Of a DNA stretch of 64,000 nucleotides, positions 16,452 to 26,200 are shown piece after piece. The stretch is taken from assembly GCF_910589165.1 (NCBI RefSeq), contig NZ_CAJUSP010000007.1; one strand, given 5' to 3'. How positions within the stretch are numbered: position 1 is the first letter of the stretch; each line of letters starts with the position of its first letter. The notes under the pieces are model-generated. The model had not been told where the DNA came from. It saw only the letters and a program-made list of their open reading frames with translations, and made no database searches. This DNA comes from an uncultured Adlercreutzia sp. (GTDB lineage: Bacteria > Actinomycetota > Coriobacteriia > Coriobacteriales > Eggerthellaceae). The position numbers were made by a program, and so were the translations under genes.

Positions 16452-17396
16452 CTAGCTGAGGGTGTAGAAGGCGTAGCTGGCCTCGCCCTGGGCGAAGTCG
16501 GCGTCCACCTCGTAAGCGTAGCCTGGCTCCATGGTGAACGTCACCGTGCCGTCGGACTGCAGCGTGGCGGCGATAGGCTCGTCTTCCGCATTCGGATCTA
16601 CCGCCGGCTTGTCGGTGCTCACGAGCGGCGTGCGCTCGACCACTACATTAGTCGGCGCTACGGAAAAGCCGATCAGCGCGTCAACCGGTGCGGCAATGCG
16701 CGCGTCGGCAACGCCCTCCACCAGCACGCCCTGGGCATCGTCGAAGTCGCCATCGAGCTCGCGCTTATCGGCGTTGGCATTGCCATCGCCCGGCACCACC
16801 CAGTCGTAGTCGTAGGCCTGAAGCATCACCGACGTCTGGGCCAGGTCGGTGGTGTACTCCACATAGGCCGAAGGCACCTCGGCCGGGTCGGGCGCCACAA
16901 CTACCTGCTCGATAAGCTCGGCATACTGGTCGGCATCGGCAGGCGTTCCCTGCTCGATAACCTCAACCTTGGTGATGCCCGGGTACTGTCCCGGATAGCT
17001 CTCCAGCATAATGCCATTGCCCGTCACCTGTACGATGTTGCCCACCGCCAGCTCGTCGGCATCGATATCGTCGCCGTTCAAGCCGAAGACCACGTCATCG
17101 CCTTCGCCAATAAGGGTCGGGTAGTAAAGGCTGCCGGTGTCCTGATCGACGAACAGCACCGTGCCGCCATCGTTGTACACCACCATGGCCGTGCTGACCA
17201 CGTCGCCGGCCGCCGGATTCGCGTCCGAAGCCGACGCATCCGCCGACGCCTCGGCCGCGCGGTTCCCCACCGCCTCAGGCTTGCCCGGATTGCCCGAGCC
17301 CCCCGTACAGCCAGCGAGCGCCACCGCAGCCCCCAAAGCCAAAACCAAAGCCACCGCCGAAAGAGCCACGCGGCGAGAAAGCAAGTTGATACTCAT
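16452..17396 (-). CDS. Lipoprotein of unknown function
   Basis: MSINLLSRRVALSAVALVLALGAAVALAGC, a signal peptide with lipobox. Start moved to ATG 17396. Confidence 0.7.
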   Translation of the reverse strand: MSINLLSRRVALSAVALVLALGAAVALAGCTGGSGNPGKPEAVGNRAAEASADASASDANPAAGDVVSTAMVVYNDGGTVLFVDQDTGSLYYPTLIGEGDDVVFGLNGDDIDADELAVGNIVQVTGNGIMLESYPGQYPGITKVEVIEQGTPADADQYAELIEQVVVAPDPAEVPSAYVEYTTDLAQTSVMLQAYDYDWVVPGDGNANADKRELDGDFDDAQGVLVEGVADARIAAPVDALIGFSVAPTNVVVERTPLVSTDKPAVDPNAEDEPIAATLQSDGTVTFTMEPGYAYEVDADFAQGEASYAFYTLS

Positions 17397-17686
17397 AACG
17401 AAGACCTTTCTCTTCGACAATCGCATTGCCCCATAGTACCCCTCTTTTCCCAAGCCCAATCCAACAGTAGCAAAACCGTAGGCCCCCAGACAGCACATCT
17501 ACACCACTCAGCAAAGGAAGAATAGGCTCCGGCACAGGGGGAGGGGGTGCCGCGCGCAGTTCATTGAAGTGCGCGAGAAGAGCCCCGAAGCCCTCTCGAT
17601 GCGGCCGCACTTCAATGCTGTCTGAGCACGGCACCTCCTCCCCCTGCGCCGGAGCCGGACGGACAGACGGACTGACAGCCAGAATC

Positions 17687-18511
17687 CTACAGCGACTGAG
17701 CCTTAGCCACGCAAGCCGAAACCGCATTCATAACCGAGGCGCGGAACGCCCCCTCCTCCAGCGCGCGCACCCCTTCAATAGTGGTGCCCGCGGGCGAGCA
17801 CACCATGTCCTTCAAATCGCCCGGATGCCGCCCCGTCTGCAGCACCAGCTGGGCCGAACCCGCCACGGCACCAGCGGCGAACTCATAGGCCTGGGCGCGC
17901 GGCATACCGGCCGCCACGGCCCCATCGGCCAGCGCCTCAATGAACATGAACACGAAAGCCGGCGAAGATCCCGCCACCGCGCTGGCCGCATCCATCAGCC
18001 GCTCGGGAACGACAATAGCCTCCCCAAAGCTGCGCACCAGACTGAGGCACACGGCCTCATCAGCCTCGGTAGCGCCCGAGCCCAGGCACACGGCCGTCGT
18101 GCCCGCGTTCACCAGCGCGGGCGTGTTGGGCATGCAGCGAATGAGCCGCATGGCACCCTCGTCGCGCCCGAACAGCTCGGCGATACGGGCAAGGGAAAGC
18201 CCCGCGGCAATGGAAATGACAAGCTTGTCGCCAACAACGTCGCGAATCTCGGCAATCACCTCGGGGAAGAACTGCGGCTTCACCGCCAGCACCGCCACGT
18301 CGGCCGCCTCTGCCACCTCGCGGTTGGAGGCCGTCACCGCCAGCCCGAACTCCTCGGCCCGCGCCGTGCGGGTGGCCTCGGTCTTCGCCGAGCCAATGAG
18401 GTCGGCCGCCGTGACGGGCGCCTCGCCAGCCGCAAGAACCGTGCCCTCGCGCAGCATGCCCCCGATGATGGCCGAAGCCATGTTCCCCAACCCGATGAAC
18501 CCGATTTTCAT
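17687..18511 (-). CDS. proC: Pyrroline-5-carboxylate reductase
   Basis: MKIGFIGLGNMASAIIGG Rossmann start, ...RCMPNTPALV..., ...SPAGTTIEG (P5CR signature). Confidence 0.9.
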   Translation of the reverse strand: MKIGFIGLGNMASAIIGGMLREGTVLAAGEAPVTAADLIGSAKTEATRTARAEEFGLAVTASNREVAEAADVAVLAVKPQFFPEVIAEIRDVVGDKLVISIAAGLSLARIAELFGRDEGAMRLIRCMPNTPALVNAGTTAVCLGSGATEADEAVCLSLVRSFGEAIVVPERLMDAASAVAGSSPAFVFMFIEALADGAVAAGMPRAQAYEFAAGAVAGSAQLVLQTGRHPGDLKDMVCSPAGTTIEGVRALEEGAFRASVMNAVSACVAKAQSL

Positions 18512-18681
18512 GTTGTTGCCCTCTTTCTCGAGATCGAATGCATCATATCGACCGTTTTTCGGCAGAGCGATTTTTGCACCAATTATCAGGCATTTCTTGA
18601 GGTTTTCCCTGACAGATGGCCATGTCAAAAACCAGCGAGATAATGCATTGCGTTTCCGCACGCGCCGATTAGCACTCCCAG

Positions 18682-18716
18682 TATACAAGAAGGGCTCCCG
18701 CATCTGGGAGCCCTTC
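18682..18716 (-). terminator. Hairpin terminator downstream of the permease
   Basis: GAAGGGCTCCC-6nt-GGGAGCCCTTC (11-bp stem), then TTGTAT on the minus strand. Confidence 0.5.
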
Positions 18717-18745
18717 GCACCGTCGTTCGCGTAAACGTCCGCCAG

Positions 18746-20152
18746 TTACACGTCCAGGTTCTTGAAGGCCTCGGGCACTTCCTTGAAGCCCTTCGACTTC
18801 ACTGCGCAAATGATGAAGCCGATGACGAACCACGACACGCCCAGAGCGTAGGTCATGATATCGAAGCCCGTAAACACATAGCCCAGGATGATGATACCGA
18901 GCCACGGGCACACGACGAACTTCACCCAGTCGCCCACGGTGCGGCGCTGCTTCTCGCGCACGAAGAAGAACCAGAACACCGCGAAGTTCAGCATGATGAA
19001 CGAGGCCAGAGCGCCGAAGTTCACCAGCGTGGCCAGGTCGGCCATGGTGAGGATGAGCGACAGCACGAGCGCCACGGCGCCGATGAAGATGGCGCCGACC
19101 CAGGGGGTCTGGTACTTGGGATGCACCTTGCCGAAGATGGCGGGAATCACCTTGTCGCGGCCCATGGAGTACAGAAGGCGCGAGGCGGCCAGCTGGGCGT
19201 TCATGATGTTGGCGATGCCGATAGCCACGATGTTGATGATAAGCATGATGTTCATGAACAGGTCGCCGCCGATCATCTGGCAGCCGTAGAACCAGGCGTT
19301 CTCGGCGTGCTCGGGCGTCCAGCTTGCCCAGTCGGGCTGCACCAGCGAGGCGATGTAGGTCTGCGCCACGAAGCACACGATGATGATGCCCAGGGCGATG
19401 AGAATGCCGCGGCCGATGTTCTTCTCGGGGCGGTTGGTTTCCTCGGCCAGGGTGGAAATGCCGTCGAAGCCCAGGAAGTTCAAGGCCGCGATGGAAATGC
19501 CCGCCGCCAGGAAGTGGGCGTCAACCTTGCCCGGCTGCCACAGCGGGTCGGCGTTGAACTCACCGGCACCGCCGCCGCCCAGGATGAAGTTCGTGCCCAG
19601 AGCGATGAACGCGATAACGGCCAGAATCTCAATGATGAAGATGACGAGATCGATGCCGCGGGTCATGGAAATGCCGCGAATGTTCACGAAGGTGTTGAAC
19701 AGCACGAACACGATGACCCACAGATACCACGGGCTGCCCGGCACGAGCATGGTGCCCCAGTTCGCCACCATGACGTACAGCAGAGCCGGGGTAATGCAGT
19801 AATCCAGCAGGATAAGCCAGCCGGAGATGAAGCCCACGTGCGGGTTAATACCGCGCTGCACGTAGGAGTACACCGAGCCGGCAATGGGGAAACGGTTGCT
19901 CATGCGCACATAGCTGAGCGCCGTGAAGAAAATGGCCACGAAGCCCACAATGTACACGAGCGTGGACATGCCCAGCGAGTCTTGCTGCACCAGGCCCCAA
20001 ATAGAATGCGGTGCGATGATCACCATGAACAGAACGCCGTAGAGCACGACGTCCCACAAGCCCAAGCCGCGGCGCAGCTCCTGCTTGTAGCCGAACTTCT
20101 CGAGGGACTTGCTGTCCGCCGAAAGGCTCGACGATTGAGCGGGATTCGACAT
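18746..20152 (-). CDS. APC-superfamily amino acid/polyamine permease
   Basis: 468 aa, about 12 TM. N-terminal FGYKQELRRGLGLWDVVLYGVLFMV is typical of APC permeases. Confidence 0.9.
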   Translation of the reverse strand: MSNPAQSSSLSADSKSLEKFGYKQELRRGLGLWDVVLYGVLFMVIIAPHSIWGLVQQDSLGMSTLVYIVGFVAIFFTALSYVRMSNRFPIAGSVYSYVQRGINPHVGFISGWLILLDYCITPALLYVMVANWGTMLVPGSPWYLWVIVFVLFNTFVNIRGISMTRGIDLVIFIIEILAVIAFIALGTNFILGGGGAGEFNADPLWQPGKVDAHFLAAGISIAALNFLGFDGISTLAEETNRPEKNIGRGILIALGIIIVCFVAQTYIASLVQPDWASWTPEHAENAWFYGCQMIGGDLFMNIMLIINIVAIGIANIMNAQLAASRLLYSMGRDKVIPAIFGKVHPKYQTPWVGAIFIGAVALVLSLILTMADLATLVNFGALASFIMLNFAVFWFFFVREKQRRTVGDWVKFVVCPWLGIIILGYVFTGFDIMTYALGVSWFVIGFIICAVKSKGFKEVPEAFKNLDV

Positions 20153-20350
20153 CTCGTCTCCTTCCTCCTCGCACGGGCCAGCCCTGCCGCCCGCGCTTCC
20201 AATGAGTACGCCGACCTTCCCCCGGCCGGCCGCAACCCATCGCCGTTACGCGAAACTGCGGCGCTTCCCCGGCATCGCAGCGTCGCACAGCGCCGATGTT
20301 GCGCAAATTATGCGCCCTGCTAAATATTGCCCATGCACACGGGAAACTCT

Positions 20351-21256
20351 TTATCCCACTAAAGGAGCAAATTCAGGCAGTTTCGGCGTGCCGATACGCA
20401 GGGAAAGCTGCACTTCGCAGGGCTTGCATCCCTGGCTGATTTCCACGTCGGACTGCACCGACATGTACATGTAGGTATCGGTGGCATCCCAGTCGGTCAC
20501 GCGCATGAGCAGGCGCTGCATTTCCTTCGCGGCGCACACGAGGGCCTCGTTGTATTCCTGGGCGCTCGCGTTCACGTACCACTTGCCCGACGGGCCGAAG
20601 GTCTCCAGCACCGGCCAGTGCAGCTCGAAGCTCTTGATAAGGCCCACGCGCACAGTGATTTCGGCGGCAATCTCAATGCCCGTGCCGCACAGCTCGGCGT
20701 CGCCCATGGTGGCGTGCACGTCGCCCATCTGCAACAGAGCGCCCGGCACACGCACCGGGAAGTACAGGCGGGTGCCCTTGGTAATGAGCTTGTTGTCCAT
20801 GTTGCCGCCGTAGCTGCCCACGAACCCGTCAGCGGGCGCGCCTTCCGCCGGCGCCGTGCCAATGACGCCGATCATGGGGTTAATGGGGAAACGGATGTCG
20901 TTGAAGTGCGCCATGCCGTCGCGCACGGGAATCTTCTTCGTGCGGTAAGGCGTGCCCTCGAACAGCGGCCCGCAATGATCGTCGGTGGCGATGGTGCCCT
21001 CGTCGGCCACCTGGATGTCGTAGATATCCACCACGAGCACGTCGCCTACCTCGGCGCCCTCCACGTACACCGGGCCCGCGGCGGGATTCGTGATGTTGTA
21101 GGAGAAATCCATGTCGCGCATGGTGACCGACTCGTCGGTCAAGCGGCCCGAAAAGCAATCGAGCGACTTGAATACGAGCACCTCGCCGGGCTCGGCCGTG
21201 GCGCAGGGCGGGTTGTCCTTCGAGAACGTGTAGACCTTCTCTTCGATGACTTGCAT
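20351..21256 (-). CDS. Acetamidase/formamidase family protein
   Basis: MQVIEEKVYTFSK..., NPAAGPVYVEGAEVGDVLVVDI, GGNMDNK, GDVHATMGDAELCGTGIE, FmdA_AmdA-family signatures. Confidence 0.85.
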   Translation of the reverse strand: MQVIEEKVYTFSKDNPPCATAEPGEVLVFKSLDCFSGRLTDESVTMRDMDFSYNITNPAAGPVYVEGAEVGDVLVVDIYDIQVADEGTIATDDHCGPLFEGTPYRTKKIPVRDGMAHFNDIRFPINPMIGVIGTAPAEGAPADGFVGSYGGNMDNKLITKGTRLYFPVRVPGALLQMGDVHATMGDAELCGTGIEIAAEITVRVGLIKSFELHWPVLETFGPSGKWYVNASAQEYNEALVCAAKEMQRLLMRVTDWDATDTYMYMSVQSDVEISQGCKPCEVQLSLRIGTPKLPEFAPLVG

Positions 21257-21460
21257 GGGACCTCCTTCGCGTTGGAACCGCACGGCATCGCGCACTCGCG
21301 CACGGCCGCGCTCTCGTGGAGACCATGATACGCCTCATCAGCGTTCAACAGTGCGCAAGCAACGCAATTTTGTCCACCCGAAAAAACAGGGTTTTACCTG
21401 GTGTTATTTCGCATTTTACCTGGTCAGATCGCTGGACAAGATGGCGTTGATTGCGCACCT

Positions 21461-22807
21461 TTACTCGAGCACACGCAAGGTGGCGCGCGACTTGCCGGCG
21501 CGCTTGGCCACGTAGAGCGCCTCGTCAGCCACCTGGTACAGCTCGTCGAAGGTCACGGGAGATCGCGTCGTGGACGCGGCGCCCACGGTAATGGAAGGCT
21601 GCAGGTCGGCCGGCATGTCCTCGGGCCGCTCGCTGCGGGCGTAAATGCCGCCGGACAACGCCGCCAGCACGCGGTCGAGGGCCGGCCCCGGCGCGAGCCC
21701 CGCTGCGAATACGGCGAACTCGTCGCCGCCGAGGCGGGCCACCACGTCGTCTTTACGCATGTTGCGCGAGAGGAACTTCGCGATTTCCTGCAGCACGCGG
21801 TCGCCCTCGGGGTGGCCGAACCCGTCGTTCACCTGCTTGAAGTTGTCTACGTCGATAAGGAACAGGCTGCAACCGCCGGCACATTCCTCGCCGGTCAGGG
21901 CCAAATCGATGCGCTGCATGGCCGCCTCGCGGTTGAAGATGCCCGTAAGCCCGTCGAGCTCCGCCCGGCGGCGCAGCGACGCCTCGCGCATGACCATCTC
22001 GTGCGTGTCCAGCAGGCGCCCCACATGGCGCAGCGGGCACCCCTTCTCGTCGAACAGCACGAAGGACTGGTAGCGGCACCAGATAGACTCGTCATCGGCG
22101 CTCTTCAGGGCCGTTTCCATATCGACGAAGCTGCCCCGCTCGACCACAGATCGCAGCGGGTCAATATCGTGAACCGTCAGATCGATGGAGCATTCTCTGT
22201 CGCAGCGCTTCCGCAGAATGAGGTCCTCGGACACCGGAGGCCGGCCGAAACGGGCGTCGAAGTCGCCGAACACCTCGCCGGTCTGATCTTGGCAGTCGAT
22301 GTCGAACATCACGTCGTGGCTGAGCACCGTAAGGATTTCCAAGCGCTCGTTGGCCCGCTCGAGGCTCTTCTGGTAGCGCATCTTCTCCGTCACGTCGATG
22401 ACGGTAACGTAGAACCAGGCTGCGCCGTCATCGTCCACCACATAGCGGCCGCGGTCGTCCACCCACAGCTCTTCGCCGTCGGGGCGGTTGAGCCGGTAGG
22501 TGACCGCGTCGGTATTGCCATGGGATATCTGCTCGCTGATCTCGCGAATGATGCGCTCGCGGTCGTCGGGGTGCACCATGCCGGGAAACACGTTGCCCGT
22601 GGCGGCGCAGAACTCCTCGTAGGTGGAGCAGCCGAACAGGGTGAGCACATCGCGGCTCACGTAGTCGATGGTTCCCGCGTCGTCGGCACGGTAGCGGAAC
22701 AAGCCGCCGGGGATGCGATCGAGGAACTCCTGGGAAACCTCGTCCTCGATAACGCAGCCGTCGTGACTGCCCAGTTTGCCCTCGGTCACTCGGTGAAACG
22801 TGGTCAT
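21461..22807 (-). CDS. PAS-domain diguanylate cyclase (GGDEF, with RxxD I-site)
   Basis: LTGIFNREA..., FLIDVDNFKQVNDGFGHPEGD, RKDDVVARLGGDEFAVF (RxxD five residues before GGDEF). Two PAS-like segments lie upstream. Confidence 0.9.
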   Translation of the reverse strand: MTTFHRVTEGKLGSHDGCVIEDEVSQEFLDRIPGGLFRYRADDAGTIDYVSRDVLTLFGCSTYEEFCAATGNVFPGMVHPDDRERIIREISEQISHGNTDAVTYRLNRPDGEELWVDDRGRYVVDDDGAAWFYVTVIDVTEKMRYQKSLERANERLEILTVLSHDVMFDIDCQDQTGEVFGDFDARFGRPPVSEDLILRKRCDRECSIDLTVHDIDPLRSVVERGSFVDMETALKSADDESIWCRYQSFVLFDEKGCPLRHVGRLLDTHEMVMREASLRRRAELDGLTGIFNREAAMQRIDLALTGEECAGGCSLFLIDVDNFKQVNDGFGHPEGDRVLQEIAKFLSRNMRKDDVVARLGGDEFAVFAAGLAPGPALDRVLAALSGGIYARSERPEDMPADLQPSITVGAASTTRSPVTFDELYQVADEALYVAKRAGKSRATLRVLE

Positions 22808-22968
22808 GGCCAGCCCTTTCGCTTGTCCTCTAGTTAATCCCCTCGTGGATGATACCACCACTTGCGCCGCACCCCTCTGACGTTCCGTCAATTCCCTTGG
22901 GGCCGGAAACGCAAGGCGGGGCCCGCTTGGGGCCCCGCCTCGTTGAAAGGTTTCTGCGGCGCCGTGCG

Positions 22969-24402
22969 CTACAGGATGTTCTTCAAGATGATGGACTTGG
23001 TGTGGGTCATCTCGTCGAAGGTGCTCATGACGCCCTCGGTGCCAATGCCAGAGTACTTGTAGCCGCCGAAGGGCTGCTCGAAGGAGCGGTAGAAGCTGGC
23101 GCCGTTAATGACCACGCCGCCGCACTCCAGCTGGCAGGCCACGCGGGCGCACAGCTTCTGGTCGCGGGAGAAGACGCAGCCGGAAAGGCCGAACATGGAG
23201 GCATTGGCGATCTCGATGGCCTCGGCCTCGTCCTTGAACTTGATGATGGGCACCACGGGACCGAAGATCTCCATGTCGATAGCCACATCGGCCGTCTTCG
23301 GCACGTCCACGATCACCGTCGGCTCGATGAAGGCGCCGTCGCGGCCGCCGCCGAGCACGATCTTGCCGCCCTGCTGCACGGTCAGCTGAATCTGCTCCTC
23401 GACCTTCTTCGCGGCCTTCTCGGAAATCAGGCAGCCCAGCTCGGTGGAGTCCTCGGAGGGCATGCCGGTCTTGATCTTGCTCACGCGGTCGACCACCTTC
23501 TGCGCGAACTCGTCGGCCACCGACTCCTGCACAAGGAAGCGCTTGGAGGCGCAGCACACCTGGCCGGTGTTGTACATGCGGCCCCACAGCACCTCGTCGG
23601 CCGCCAGATCGAGGTCGGCGTCGTCCATGACGATGAAGGCGTCGTTGCCGCCCAGCTCCAGCGCCGTGTGAGTGAGGGTCTTCGCGCACACCTCGGCGGT
23701 CTCGATGCCCACCTCGGTGGAGCCGGTCAGGGTGACCAGGTCCACATCGGGGTTGCTGGTCAGCTCGTGGCCCACCACCGAGCCGCGGCCGGTAACGATC
23801 TGGGCCGCGCCGGGGGTCACGCCGGCCTCGCCCAGCAGGGCGGTCAGCATGCACAGCGTCAGCGGATTGTCCGTAGAGGGCTTCACGATGACGGCGTTGC
23901 CGGCCAGCAGGGCCGGAGCCACCTTCTGGTCGAACAGGTCGCAGGGAAAGTTGAATGGGATGACCGCGGCCACCACGCCCAAGGGCTCGCGGCGGGTGAT
24001 GAGCAGGTTCGTGTCCTGGCCCTGCTCGATGCCGGCGGGAATCACCTCGTCGTACAGGTGCTTCGCGCGCTCGGAAAACGCCTTGAACGCGATGGGAATG
24101 TTGCCGATTTCGGCGCGGGCCTCGGTGATGGGCTTGCCGGTTTCGTCGGAAAGCGTGCGAGCCAGCTTCTCCTTGTCGCGCTCCACCAAATCCAGGAAGG
24201 CCATCATGTACTCGGCGCGCTTCCACACCGGCACCTTGTTCCACTCCACCTGGGCGGCCTTGGCGCACTGCACGGCGCGAGCCACGTCCTCGGCCGTCGC
24301 AGCAGGAACGGTGTCCACCAATTCGCCCGTAGCCGGATTGGTCACGTCGATAGTAGCCCCGTCCGAAGAATCAACCGCCTTGCCATCAATAAACATCTTC
24401 AT
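22969..24402 (-). CDS. NAD(P)+-dependent aldehyde dehydrogenase
   Basis: ELGGNDAFIV (catalytic Glu region) and GQVCCASKRF (catalytic Cys). 477 aa. Confidence 0.95.
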   Translation of the reverse strand: MKMFIDGKAVDSSDGATIDVTNPATGELVDTVPAATAEDVARAVQCAKAAQVEWNKVPVWKRAEYMMAFLDLVERDKEKLARTLSDETGKPITEARAEIGNIPIAFKAFSERAKHLYDEVIPAGIEQGQDTNLLITRREPLGVVAAVIPFNFPCDLFDQKVAPALLAGNAVIVKPSTDNPLTLCMLTALLGEAGVTPGAAQIVTGRGSVVGHELTSNPDVDLVTLTGSTEVGIETAEVCAKTLTHTALELGGNDAFIVMDDADLDLAADEVLWGRMYNTGQVCCASKRFLVQESVADEFAQKVVDRVSKIKTGMPSEDSTELGCLISEKAAKKVEEQIQLTVQQGGKIVLGGGRDGAFIEPTVIVDVPKTADVAIDMEIFGPVVPIIKFKDEAEAIEIANASMFGLSGCVFSRDQKLCARVACQLECGGVVINGASFYRSFEQPFGGYKYSGIGTEGVMSTFDEMTHTKSIILKNIL

Positions 24403-24429
24403 AAGCAGTAACTCCTTAGTCAGTTTCTC

Positions 24430-25605
24430 TTACGCGCTAAAACCCGTGAAGGACAGCATCAAACCGCCACACGTGTTATTGTTGTCATCCTCGAAGCCGT
24501 ACTCGCCGAAGGTGAACTCCATGAGGTAGGGTACATCGCCGCACACCTCGGCCACAGCGTCGGCCACTTCCCCAATGCGGGCATCAATGCCGGCGCGACG
24601 GCCGCCGCAATGCACCAGATGGAAAGCCACCGGGTCGCCGGGCATGCGGTCGATAAGCTCGCGCAGGGTATCGGGCACCGACTGAATGAGCTCGTCCACC
24701 GTGGCCTCCATGCGAATGACGCAGGTCTTCTCGGCCAGGTTGTTGCCCACGTTGATGGAGAAGTCGTCGTTGCCGTTCATGGGATGGCGAATGGCGATGA
24801 GGTCGCCCAGGCGATCCTTCACGCCCAGCGGCGAGCACACGGTATAGGCCAGCAGGTTGCCGCCGGCGATGTCCTCGTCAGAGCAGCCGGTCCACTCCTG
24901 GAACTTCTTCGCCGCCGGCACGCCGTCGATCTCGACCAGGGTGCGGTTGCCGTCGATCTTGGTGATGACGCCGAAGTCCTCGGTCTCGCGATAGGCGCCG
25001 GTGAACACGTTGGTCATGTCGGGCGCGTTCCAGAAGAAAGCTGCCACGCAGCCGTCGGCGAAGGACTCGCCGGTGGTGTACAGCTTCCACTCGCCGGCAA
25101 TGGAGTTGTCGGCAGCCGAGCCGCCGAAGAACGGGATGCGGCCCACCACCGAGGAAATGCCCTTCAGGTAGAACTCCTCTTCAGCCGGAGAAGCGGCCAT
25201 ATAGAAGAAGTCGGGGGCATCGGTGCGCTCGGCGGCCTCCATGGCAGCCGTGGCCAGCGCGGCGCCAGCGGCAACCGGGTCGCTGTTCTCGGAGCGGTCG
25301 GCCGCGGCCACGCCCACGGTCATGTCGGGGTCGGACAGGGCCATCACACCCACAAACGGGGTGTCGCCGCCCACATAGCCGGCGCCGGAAACAACCACGC
25401 CGGTGAAAGAAGTGTTGCCGAGAACGGGAACGTCGGGAAGCGCCTCGCCCACGCCGGCGACTACTTCGTCGACATCGTAATCACAGCTGCAGTACACCAA
25501 GGCCACTTCAGTGGCATCGAGGCCGGCGGCTGCCTGAGCGGCAGCTTCCTTGCCCGCAGCGCGAGCGTCGGCAGCAGTGCTGGAACCTACGTTAGCTTTG
25601 AACAT
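24430..25605 (-). CDS. FIST-domain (FIST_N + FIST_C) sensory protein with no output domain
   Basis: 391 aa. ALVYCSCDYDVDEVVAGVGEALPDVPVLGNTSFTGVV resembles the FIST N-domain. 27 nt upstream of the ALDH on the same strand. Confidence 0.75.
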   Translation of the reverse strand: MFKANVGSSTAADARAAGKEAAAQAAAGLDATEVALVYCSCDYDVDEVVAGVGEALPDVPVLGNTSFTGVVVSGAGYVGGDTPFVGVMALSDPDMTVGVAAADRSENSDPVAAGAALATAAMEAAERTDAPDFFYMAASPAEEEFYLKGISSVVGRIPFFGGSAADNSIAGEWKLYTTGESFADGCVAAFFWNAPDMTNVFTGAYRETEDFGVITKIDGNRTLVEIDGVPAAKKFQEWTGCSDEDIAGGNLLAYTVCSPLGVKDRLGDLIAIRHPMNGNDDFSINVGNNLAEKTCVIRMEATVDELIQSVPDTLRELIDRMPGDPVAFHLVHCGGRRAGIDARIGEVADAVAEVCGDVPYLMEFTFGEYGFEDDNNNTCGGLMLSFTGFSA

Positions 25606-25865
25606 GGTTTCCTCCTATTCGATTCGGGGCAGGATAGCCCCAAGGAGTCACGGTACCACTTCCGCCGCCCAACACACCTCCCATTGCGACCGTTTTTCGA
25701 GATTTCCATACCTTTGGGAGATTTCTAAACGATGATTTATTGACTCATGTTCAGCAAGAAGGTAATGGAGCGCTCTCTCGTCCCTCTTGCTCAGCCGCAA
25801 CCCTTCATTTATAGGGTCATTTTTTTGAGACCTCGCCCACGAAGTTCTGGAAATGAATTGGGAAA

Positions 25866-25897
25866 CAAAAAAGCCAGCACGCTGATTGGTGCTGGCT
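25866..25897 (-). terminator. Rho-independent terminator after tRNA-Met
   Basis: AGCCAGCAC-8nt-GTGCTGGCT, followed on the minus strand by TTTTTT. Confidence 0.7.
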
Positions 25898-25907
25898 TTA
25901 AAATTCA

Positions 25908-25985
25908 TGGTCGCGGGGGCCGGATTTGAACCGACGACCTTCGGGTTATGAGCCCGACGAGCTGACCAGACTGCTCCACCCCGCA
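25908..25985 (-). tRNA. tRNA-Met (CAT), probably initiator type
   Basis: Anticodon arm TCGGG-CTCATAA-CCCGA has three consecutive G:C pairs as in tRNA-fMet. Position 1:72 is a weak U:G rather than a Watson-Crick pair. CCA is encoded. Confidence 0.9.
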
Positions 25986-26200
25986 ATGGGTTGCCTCAAA
26001 GGGCAAGGATATATATTACGCCCTTGAGCGAACTTTGCAAGTCTTGGAGCCTCCTTCACCCCAAGGAGCACAATTCCTGCACATCTTCCAAGGTGCCCAC
26101 CACGAATCGCACCGGGCGTCGAGAACCGCAAGAGGCGCCGCAAATCAACGAAACGCTGGGGGCTGTACGGCAGGCGCGAACATGCTATGATGCTCCGACG

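Noticed and set aside
25648-25986. 112-aa ORF overlapping tRNA-Met
   Set aside because: It overlaps a well-formed tRNA and its terminator and has no protein signature.
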